Origin: Cyanobacteriota bacterium
GTDB lineage: Bacteria; Cyanobacteriota; Cyanobacteriia; Thermostichales; Thermostichaceae
Length of the DNA: 64,000 bases
Assembly: GCA_033764955.1 (NCBI GenBank)
Contig: JANRIL010000042.1
Span: forward strand, 64,001 to 128,000
Reading direction: 5' to 3'
The position numbers and the translations under genes were made by a program. How positions within the stretch are numbered: position 1 is the first letter of the stretch; every line of letters starts with the position of its first letter. Below are positions 52,173 through 60,374 of the stretch, one piece after another. Below the pieces are notes generated by a model that did not search any database, was not told the DNA's origin, and was given only the letters and a program-made list of their open reading frames with translations.

Positions 52173-53006
52173 ATGAGCCAGTCTCATCGCAAAAAAGCTC
52201 CCCTGAAAAAGGAGCTTATCGCTCAAGTGGAGGAGTTGCGATCCGCCAACCAGCAGTTGATCAAAGATTATCAAGTTTTACTCAAGCAGTACCAGGGCTT
52301 AGAAGAGCAGTTGCAAAAGGAAATAACCGAACGCCAGAGTGTTGAAGCTCAACTACGGCAGGAGTTGGAAAAAGCCCTCAGCGACAAAGCCAACCTACAA
52401 ATCGAGCTGGAAGTGAGTGTTTCCCACGGTGATGCCGTAGAAAGTCAACTCCAAGAGGATGTTGCCCTGGCGCGCTCAGCCGCTTATCTCGATGGTCTGA
52501 CGCAAATTGCCAATCGTCGCAAGTTTGATGAGTATCTGCCCAAAATGTGGTCACAAATGATCCGTGAGCAAACCCCCATTTCCTTGCTCATGTGTGATGT
52601 AGATTACTTCAAACTTTACAACGACTTTTATGGGCACTTAGCGGGGGATCATTGCCTGCAACAGATTGCGAAAGTTTTGGCAAAGGCTGTCAAACGTCCG
52701 CTGGATCTGGTAGCTCGCTATGGAGGGGAAGAATTTGTCGGGATTCTCCCCAACACCACCAGCCAGGGATCCCTACAAGTCTGCCAACAAATTCAAGCGG
52801 ATTTAGCTACCCTCAAACTGCCCCATCTGCGCTCGCCGGTCAGTGAGTTTGTTACCCTCAGCATGGGGCTGGCGACCACAATTCCTAGCCAGGGATCCCC
52901 TTGGAATATCTTGATTACCTCCGCCGATCAGGCTCTCTACCGAGCCAAATCCCAAGGACGCAACCAAGTTTTTGCCACTACTTTTGTTTCAAGACTAATA
53001 GGGTGA
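52173..53006 (+). CDS. Diguanylate cyclase with N-terminal coiled-coil stalk (SiaD-like architecture)
   Basis: DGLTQIANRR, DVDYFKLYND, I-site RPLD, ARYGGEEF; GGAG RBS before ATG at 52173. Confidence 0.93.
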   Translation: MSQSHRKKAPLKKELIAQVEELRSANQQLIKDYQVLLKQYQGLEEQLQKEITERQSVEAQLRQELEKALSDKANLQIELEVSVSHGDAVESQLQEDVALARSAAYLDGLTQIANRRKFDEYLPKMWSQMIREQTPISLLMCDVDYFKLYNDFYGHLAGDHCLQQIAKVLAKAVKRPLDLVARYGGEEFVGILPNTTSQGSLQVCQQIQADLATLKLPHLRSPVSEFVTLSMGLATTIPSQGSPWNILITSADQALYRAKSQGRNQVFATTFVSRLIG

Positions 53007-54966
53007 TGTCATCGAAAACTTTTTGTTGACCAATGTGCTGACGCAGATCCTCAACAATTGCTTTGCGGATCCCTTGGGCGGATTGGTAACGATGGTGCCG
53101 GATTACCTCGCATAATCGTTCCAACCCATATTGTTGATGATTGAGATTTTCGGCTTCTGTGATGCCATCTGTGTATAAGACAACGATATCACCCTGATAA
53201 AGAAATACTTCTCGATGATCAATAAAGTCAATGATTTCTGGCTCTAGACCCACCGGAAAACCCAGATCAATCGTATCAATTCGCTCAGTGTTTCCATCAG
53301 CACGAACTAAAATCATTTCTTCATGTTGCCCAGTTAGTTGCAACAACCCTTTTTGGTAATCCAGTAGAGATAATGTCAGGTTTTTATCCGATTGCATCCG
53401 TTGAACATTGCCATAGATCGCTTGGTTGACGGCGTTGAGAAATTGCTTGGGATCCTTTTCATCACTAGCCAGAAGGGTTCGCACCGCCATCTGCACCATA
53501 ATCATCAAGACTCCGCTTTCTAACCCATGTCCGGTCACATCCCCGATTCCAATCTTCAGGCGTTCTCCCTGGCGAATCACATCATAATAATCACCCCCTA
53601 CTTCAGTGGCTGACTCCATAAAGCCAGCGATTTCTAAATCGGGGATTTGGTTCAGTTCTTCATCTCTGGGTAGGATCAATTGCTGAATTTTGCGGGTGAC
53701 TTCTAGCTCAGTAGAGAGACGGGCATTTTCTGCCTCTAGGCTGCGATTGAGGGAGTGAATTTGTTGGTAGGCATTAGCTAAATTGGTGGCAATTAAGTTA
53801 AAGGATCGCACCACCTGACCCAATTCATCCTGATTTTCTAAGTTTAAGTTTCCTTGATAGTTCTCCTCAACCATTTGTTTAGAGGCAACATCCAAAGCAG
53901 CAACTGTTTGAGTAACGCTCAGATAAAAAGCAATAAAGAGATAAGTCACCAACAACAAAATGATTGACAAAAATATAAAGACAAACCATTTTCGCTGCTG
54001 AAATCCTAATATTCTTAATTGTAGTAGCTGATCCATTTCGTTAGTCGTCTGCTGCCAAAAGGCAAAACTCTCTCCCAATATCTCCTGGGAAAGCTGGGCA
54101 TAAAGATGCGCGTCTGGCTGATTTAGGGGATTAATCAACAGTAGAATTTCCGAACTAAGTTTTTGACTTTGATCAGAAAAACTGGCTGCCTCTGATCGAA
54201 GACTGAGATCAATAGTCTTGCGAATATTTTGAGCAAAGGCAACATTGATCGCTTGATCCAGTTCATGTCGATAACGCTCCAGCAAAACAGCTAAACTGAT
54301 TAGGCGAGAGCGTTCTTCTAAGCTAACAAAGTTTTGAGCAATAGCTTCCTCCGCCAAGCTATGAATATCTTGCAGAAGAATCTGCATGTCTGGGATTTTA
54401 ATTAGTAGGGCATCCATCAAATAGTAGGTGTCTAGATCAGGATCTAGGATCAAATTGGATACATCCCCAACCTTTCGGATTAACCGATGGGTTTGATCAG
54501 TTAGCTCTTGATAAAGGTAGTCATAGGTAACGGGGCTGAGGCTAGATTCTAGAAGATTTTGTCGATTTTGATCAAGTTTTACCAGTTCGTCTTGAATATC
54601 AAGCACCGAATTGAGGGATTGATCGACGGTGGCTATTGCCCTCAGTTGTTCTTCTAATCGCTTTAAGTCGAGTAGTCTTTGATCAGGATTGGGAACTTGA
54701 TAGAGTTCGATACGATTTTGACCTATTTGTTCAAGGAGCTGACTGATGGGACGCAAATAGGTGGTTCCATAAATCTCCATCTGAGAAAAATGAATACGGC
54801 TATTAATTTCAGAAATCAATAAATAAACAAATAAAGTAACGGGCAGCAGAAAGAGTAAGCTAATAACAGAAAATTTCTGAAGATATTTTAGGTGATTGAG
54901 AAAACGAATCGCAGGTCTAAAAATACTCAGAGAACCCATAGAAGTTCCTTGACTGATAGCAATCAT
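52978..54966 (-). CDS. Membrane sensor PP2C/SpoIIE phosphatase (TM - extracytoplasmic domain - TM - HAMP - PP2C; SiaA-like)
   Basis: Two TM helices, DELGQVVRSFN HAMP, GGDYYD, GDVTGHG, YTDGITE, DDIT. Confidence 0.92.
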   Translation of the reverse strand: MIAISQGTSMGSLSIFRPAIRFLNHLKYLQKFSVISLLFLLPVTLFVYLLISEINSRIHFSQMEIYGTTYLRPISQLLEQIGQNRIELYQVPNPDQRLLDLKRLEEQLRAIATVDQSLNSVLDIQDELVKLDQNRQNLLESSLSPVTYDYLYQELTDQTHRLIRKVGDVSNLILDPDLDTYYLMDALLIKIPDMQILLQDIHSLAEEAIAQNFVSLEERSRLISLAVLLERYRHELDQAINVAFAQNIRKTIDLSLRSEAASFSDQSQKLSSEILLLINPLNQPDAHLYAQLSQEILGESFAFWQQTTNEMDQLLQLRILGFQQRKWFVFIFLSIILLLVTYLFIAFYLSVTQTVAALDVASKQMVEENYQGNLNLENQDELGQVVRSFNLIATNLANAYQQIHSLNRSLEAENARLSTELEVTRKIQQLILPRDEELNQIPDLEIAGFMESATEVGGDYYDVIRQGERLKIGIGDVTGHGLESGVLMIMVQMAVRTLLASDEKDPKQFLNAVNQAIYGNVQRMQSDKNLTLSLLDYQKGLLQLTGQHEEMILVRADGNTERIDTIDLGFPVGLEPEIIDFIDHREVFLYQGDIVVLYTDGITEAENLNHQQYGLERLCEVIRHHRYQSAQGIRKAIVEDLRQHIGQQKVFDDITLLVLKQK

Positions 54967-55017
54967 TGAGGTTGGTAATCAAACTGCAAACAGCAGGAAT
55001 AAATAGGCTTTGTCGGA

Positions 55018-55761
55018 TCATCCTAGGGCTTGCAGGATGGTTTTGACGACAGCAGCAGAATGGCGGGCAGCAAGGTGACAAAATTGCAAAAAATCGTGGC
55101 TATCTCCTTCATCACTAATTGAGCGGATCAGCAGACAAGGGATCCCGGCGTCCTGAGCCACCCGTAAAACAGCCACCCCCTCCATTTCTACGGCATCGGC
55201 CAAGGTGCGCTGATAAACCTGTTGGCGTAAATCGGCACTGGCAATAAAGATATCCCCTGTGGCAATCCTACCGTGATGCACCTGCGGCGGGGATGGTTCT
55301 CCCCACTCGATCTCCGCTTGTTTTGCTAACACCAGATGCAATAGGGCGGGATTAGCGGTAATCCATTGTTCATGCTCTCCGGGCAAAAAATCCAGGCCCA
55401 AGCGAAATCCCTCCGGTCGGCCTGTACCAAAATCATGTTCAATCGCCTGGTTAGCCAGCAAAACATCCCCCATCGCTAAGCCTGTGCGGAGGGCAGCGGC
55501 TACCCCCGTGAATAGGAGGCGATGAACGGCAAAATGATTGACCAACGTCGTGGCGGTGATGGCGGCTCGCACCTTGCCAATCCCCCCCTGCACCAACACC
55601 ACGGGATGGCCGTAGAGCTGTCCTTGATAAAATTGCCGTCCCAATAGTTGATGAACACTGACGGCGGACATCGCCGCCAATAACATGTCAATCTCTGACG
55701 GCATTGCCCCCAAAATACCCGTCACCGAGGCAGGGATGGTTAGTAAGGTAGCATCGTTCAT
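55018..55761 (-). CDS. mtnN: 5'-methylthioadenosine/S-adenosylhomocysteine nucleosidase
   Basis: GILGAMPSE, GGIGKVRAA, FTGVA, TGDIF, VEMEG, IRSISD. Confidence 0.88.
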   Translation of the reverse strand: MNDATLLTIPASVTGILGAMPSEIDMLLAAMSAVSVHQLLGRQFYQGQLYGHPVVLVQGGIGKVRAAITATTLVNHFAVHRLLFTGVAAALRTGLAMGDVLLANQAIEHDFGTGRPEGFRLGLDFLPGEHEQWITANPALLHLVLAKQAEIEWGEPSPPQVHHGRIATGDIFIASADLRQQVYQRTLADAVEMEGVAVLRVAQDAGIPCLLIRSISDEGDSHDFLQFCHLAARHSAAVVKTILQALG

Positions 55762-55787
55762 GGGTGAGACCTCCTCGGTTGGGTCTC

Positions 55788-56690
55788 CTAGCGCAGTCGG
55801 ATCAAAACCGGGGATCCTCCGGCGGGGCTAAACACCAACTGATAATCGGTGGAGCCTTTGGGCACATCAAAAGCGATCCCACTCCGCAAGGTAGTTCCTG
55901 CCTTGGCTTTTGTTCCTAGGGGCTGTAACCCTCGCCCTGCCTCGGCGCTCAACCCCACTGCCCGATAGCCTGTTCCTTCCCCATCGTAAGCTCCAAACTC
56001 GGTTGCCCCCAAAGAGGTTTCTTGTCCGCTGCCATTTTGAGCGGAAAACAAAACGATTAACCACTCTCCTTTGGCCTCACCGCTCACCAGAGCAGATTTG
56101 TTGCCGGGGGCTTGTACCTGATTCACGGTTATCGTCCAGTTGCCTGCTTTGACGGCTTTGCCAGGACCAGGGATCCGCGCCGCGATGGCCTTGCGATAAT
56201 TCACCAGATCGGGACGGTTGTTTTGGGCTTTGATGATGTCATCCATCTGGTTGAGGGCAGATTGAAAATCATTGGCAGCCACAGCCGCATCCACCTTAGC
56301 CAGTTTCTCTAACTCCGTCCGCAGAGCCTTCAGCCGCACATCCCCTTTGGGGTCAGGATACTCTTTGGTAACTTGATCAATCAGGGCAACCGCCTCCGCC
56401 CACCGTCCAGCCTGAAACGCTTTATCTACCTCTACCAACAGCACATAGCGTTGCCGATAGGGTTCTAAATCCCCTTTGCGATCCGGCTGTTGCTGGACAA
56501 TTTGATCAATCAGATCAATCGCCGTTTGCCATTGTCCAGCATCCACTGCCTTTTGGAATTGCTCATTCAGGCTTTGGGCAAATCCGGGCAAGCTGACACC
56601 TGGTGCGGTCAAGGCAACAGCCAAGAAGATGCTTAACCAAAGAGAAGAACGGCGCATAGGAAGCATTCCCAAACAGCGATAGATGATCAA
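55788..56690 (-). CDS. Exported protein with helical repeats and a C-terminal DUF4352-like beta domain
   Basis: Signal peptide (...PGFA), three similar helical repeats (AVDAGQWQTAIDLID / AFQAGRWAEAVALID / AVAANDFQSALNQMD), GIAFDVPKG. Confidence 0.65.
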   Translation of the reverse strand: MIIYRCLGMLPMRRSSLWLSIFLAVALTAPGVSLPGFAQSLNEQFQKAVDAGQWQTAIDLIDQIVQQQPDRKGDLEPYRQRYVLLVEVDKAFQAGRWAEAVALIDQVTKEYPDPKGDVRLKALRTELEKLAKVDAAVAANDFQSALNQMDDIIKAQNNRPDLVNYRKAIAARIPGPGKAVKAGNWTITVNQVQAPGNKSALVSGEAKGEWLIVLFSAQNGSGQETSLGATEFGAYDGEGTGYRAVGLSAEAGRGLQPLGTKAKAGTTLRSGIAFDVPKGSTDYQLVFSPAGGSPVLIRLR

Positions 56691-56887
56691 AACGATACCT
56701 TTTTCAGAATACCCTCAGAAACCCTGGAAATGTCCCAACCAGATGGCAATACCTGATTTTCAGAAATAACCAAAGAGATTACATCAAATTACAAAATTCC
56801 CAACCAATCTGGACTCGAAAGAGAATGGGACTCATTAAAGTTGCCGTTTCTCTTGCGGACTTATCTTGAAAGAAAAGGATTGAAAAG

Positions 56888-59800
56888 ATGGGATCCCTGA
56901 GTGACGCCCAGATGCGTCTGCTGTTTGAAGCGGCAGCGGATCCCTTGTTTGTGATCACCACCCAGGGTCGGATTGTGGATCTGAACCGCGCTGCCTGTGA
57001 GTTGCTGAGGGTGGAGCGCGCGCAGTTGTTGGGTTCCTCCCTGGGGGATTTGGGGATTGCTTCCGAACCCACAAGCTGGATATCCGATGGGCAGAGGGGG
57101 GAACTGAAGCTACTACGGCAAGATGGCTCCTTTGTGGAAGGGGACTATACCCTCACCCCCCATGTCTGGCCGGATCATCACCTGCTGAGTTGGCGGGATG
57201 GCAGTCCCCACCATCCCTGGCGGCAACAATGGCAGGACAGTCAACGCCGATATCAGACCCTCTTTGAAATCTTGCCGATTGGGGTATCGCTAGCTGACTC
57301 TCAGGGCAATCTGATCGCCGCCAACCTAGCCTCGGAGGAAATTTTAGGGATCCCGGTATCTGAGCATACCCATCGCCGTTTGGATACTCCCGATTGGCAA
57401 ATCCTTCATCCCGATGGTCGCAAAATGTCACTGGAAGAACTGCCTGCTAGCCAAGCCCTGCAAAACCAGCAAGTCGTGACCGATGTTGAGATGGGGGTTA
57501 TGCGCCCCGATGGATCCCTGCGATGGCTGCATGTGAATGCCGCGCCGCTTCCCCCACCCAATCAGGGGGTGGTCACTGTCTTTATGGACATCACCGACCA
57601 AAAAGCGGCTCAAGCCAAACTGCGGGAGCAAACCGCCCGTGAACAAGCCCTCAACCGCGTAGTGCAGGCCGTTCACAGCTCCCTAGAGTTGGAGGCTGTC
57701 TTTCGGATTGCCGCCAACCAAGTGGCCGAGATTTTTCAAACGGAAGCCTCCATTGTGCAATATTTGCCGGAGCAGGGTTGCTGGCGACATCTGGTGTTGA
57801 GTGATCAGACTCCAGAGCAGCCCAATCGTCTAATGGCAGGTGACATTCCCGATCAGAATAACCCCTTTGCCGAACGCCTCAAAAACCGTGAGGTTGTTCA
57901 GGTGGAGGACACCACCAGGATTGCTGACCCAATTAACCAAGAGATTGCTCAACGAGTGCCCGGATCTTGGTTGATGGTGCCGATTGTTATGCAAGGGAAG
58001 GTTTGGGGCAGTCTCAGCCAATTTCGTTTTCAACAGATTAGCCACTGGCAACCGGAGGATGTCATGCTCAGCCAACGCATGGCGGATCAGTTGGCGATGG
58101 CGATTCAGCAATCCACCCTTTATCAGCAAATCAAAGAAACCAGCCAACGGGATGCCCTCGTCCTGGAAAGCATTGGGGAAGGAGTTTGGGATTGGGATCC
58201 CCAAACCAATCAGTCCCAGGTTTCGGGGCGCTATTGGCAGATTTTGGGCTATGAGGCCGATCGACCCGGTTACTCCAACTTAGAGCAAGAACATGCCCGC
58301 ATTCATCCCGACGACCTGGATCGGGTCAATGCCGCCATTCAAGCCCATCTGCAAACGGGGCAACGCTTTCATATTGAGTTTCGGGCGCAACATCGTCAGG
58401 GACACTACCTCTGGATCCGCGCCCGTGGACAAGCCATCTGGGATGAGCAAGGCCGTCCCCTGCGGATGTTGGGCAGCATGGAAGATATCAGCGACAAGAA
58501 ACAGATCGAACAGGAATTAGAGCATCGCGCCCAACGGGAACGCCTGCTGCGGGATATCACCCAGCAGATTCGTCAGTCTTTGGAGGTGAGCGTGATTTTA
58601 ACCTCTGCGGTGCAACAGATTCGCCTGATATTAAACGCGGATCGGGTTTTGATCTATCGGTTTCGCCCCGATTGGAGTGGCGACATGATTGCCGAATCCG
58701 TCGCGGATCCCTGGACACCCCTCCTCTCCACCCATTTGATGGATCCCTGTTTTCGGGATGATCTGGTGGTGTCCTATCAACAGGGTCGCCTCAACCGGAT
58801 CCCTGATATTCAAACCGCATCCCTGGCGGAGTGCCATTTCAACTTGCTGAATAATCTGCACGTGCGAGCCAACCTAGTGGTGCCCATCGTCAGCAACGAG
58901 ACCCTCTGGGGGCTGTTGTGTGTGCATCATTGTGCCTTCCCCCATGACTGGCAGGATTGGGAAGTGGAACTGAGCCAGCAAATTAGCGATCAGTTGGGTC
59001 TTGCGATTCACCAGGCGGAGCTGTATCAGCAGGTAAAAACGTTAGCCAGTCATCTGGAAGAACAGGTGCAGGAACGCACTCAACAGATCGAGCAAGCCCT
59101 CAAATTTGAAGCCATTCTCAAAACCATCATCGACCAAGTTCGCCATAGTTTGGATGAGAACCAAATCTTAGCAACGGTGGTGAGGGAATTGGGGGAGGTA
59201 TTGCAGTTAGAGTGTTGCGACACCGGCATTTACAACCCTGATCGCACCACCTCCACGATCACCCATGAATATATCCGCTCCGGCACCTCTGCTAAGGGCA
59301 CCACCTTTTCCATCACCGATACCCCCCACGCCGAGATCCGCTCCTTGGTGTTTTTGGGGATCCCTACCCAATTTTGTGACCTATTGCAGCCCTGCCTGCG
59401 GGAACAACCCATTGGCAAGGTTCGCCTGGTTTGCCCCATTCAGGACGAACAGAACATTCTGGGGGATATGTGGCTGGTCAAACCAACGGCGGATGGCTTC
59501 AGCCCCCAGGAGGTCAGGTTGATCAAGCAGGTGGCCAACCAATGTGCCATCGGCATTCGACAGGCTCGCCTCTATCAAGAAGCCCAGGCTCAGGTGCAGC
59601 GTCTTCAAGAACTCAATCAACTCAAAGAAGACTTTATTCATACGGTATCCCACGAGTTACGCACGCCGTTGACCAGCATGAAAATGGCTATCACTATGCT
59701 AGAAATCAGCAAACCGTCTCCCGAAAAGCAAGATTATTATCTGGCGATTCTCAAGGCGCAATGGAACCGTGAGCTGGCTTTGGTGAACGAACTGCTGGAG

Positions 59801-60310
59801 TTACAAGCCCTGGAATCGGGCACTCGTCCGTTGGTCTTAAGTTGCCTCAATTTGTCTCTCTGGATCCCTCCTTTAGTCGAGCCGTTTCATCTGCGCTGTG
59901 CCGAACGTCAGCAAGCCTTCCAGGTGTTTTTGGATCCCGCCCTTTCCCCCGTCACCACCGATCAAAGTCTCTTGGAAGGGATCCTCCTAGAGCTGCTCAA
60001 TAATGCCTGCAAATATACCCCTCCCCAGCAGCAGATTACCCTAGCCATTCATGCCCTCACCCGTCGCCTGCGAGTGGCGGTGACCAATACGGGGGTGACG
60101 ATTCCTGCCAGCCAATGCTCGCAGATCTTCGATAAATTTCATCGCATCCCCAGCCTGGATCACTACAACCAGGGGGGCACAGGCTTGGGTTTGGCGATGG
60201 TGCGGAAAGTGGTGGATTTGTTGCAGGGATCCCTGACGGTGCAAAGTAGTGGAGGCGTTACCACCTTCTGCGTTGAGCTGCCTTCTCTGGATACCCCCCC
60301 CTATCCATAG
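56888..60310 (+). CDS. Multi-sensor histidine kinase PAS-PAS-GAF-PAS-GAF(CBCR)-GAF-HisKA-HATPase
   Basis: CBCR GAF with DPCF and ECH; VSHELRTPL, ELLNNACKY, GGTGLGL. Confidence 0.9.
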   Translation: MGSLSDAQMRLLFEAAADPLFVITTQGRIVDLNRAACELLRVERAQLLGSSLGDLGIASEPTSWISDGQRGELKLLRQDGSFVEGDYTLTPHVWPDHHLLSWRDGSPHHPWRQQWQDSQRRYQTLFEILPIGVSLADSQGNLIAANLASEEILGIPVSEHTHRRLDTPDWQILHPDGRKMSLEELPASQALQNQQVVTDVEMGVMRPDGSLRWLHVNAAPLPPPNQGVVTVFMDITDQKAAQAKLREQTAREQALNRVVQAVHSSLELEAVFRIAANQVAEIFQTEASIVQYLPEQGCWRHLVLSDQTPEQPNRLMAGDIPDQNNPFAERLKNREVVQVEDTTRIADPINQEIAQRVPGSWLMVPIVMQGKVWGSLSQFRFQQISHWQPEDVMLSQRMADQLAMAIQQSTLYQQIKETSQRDALVLESIGEGVWDWDPQTNQSQVSGRYWQILGYEADRPGYSNLEQEHARIHPDDLDRVNAAIQAHLQTGQRFHIEFRAQHRQGHYLWIRARGQAIWDEQGRPLRMLGSMEDISDKKQIEQELEHRAQRERLLRDITQQIRQSLEVSVILTSAVQQIRLILNADRVLIYRFRPDWSGDMIAESVADPWTPLLSTHLMDPCFRDDLVVSYQQGRLNRIPDIQTASLAECHFNLLNNLHVRANLVVPIVSNETLWGLLCVHHCAFPHDWQDWEVELSQQISDQLGLAIHQAELYQQVKTLASHLEEQVQERTQQIEQALKFEAILKTIIDQVRHSLDENQILATVVRELGEVLQLECCDTGIYNPDRTTSTITHEYIRSGTSAKGTTFSITDTPHAEIRSLVFLGIPTQFCDLLQPCLREQPIGKVRLVCPIQDEQNILGDMWLVKPTADGFSPQEVRLIKQVANQCAIGIRQARLYQEAQAQVQRLQELNQLKEDFIHTVSHELRTPLTSMKMAITMLEISKPSPEKQDYYLAILKAQWNRELALVNELLELQALESGTRPLVLSCLNLSLWIPPLVEPFHLRCAERQQAFQVFLDPALSPVTTDQSLLEGILLELLNNACKYTPPQQQITLAIHALTRRLRVAVTNTGVTIPASQCSQIFDKFHRIPSLDHYNQGGTGLGLAMVRKVVDLLQGSLTVQSSGGVTTFCVELPSLDTPPYP

Positions 60311-60374
60311 AAAAAACCCCCAGAATCCGCTAGCCTTTTGGTTGCTTACCCAGATCCTTTCCCATTGAGGAGCG

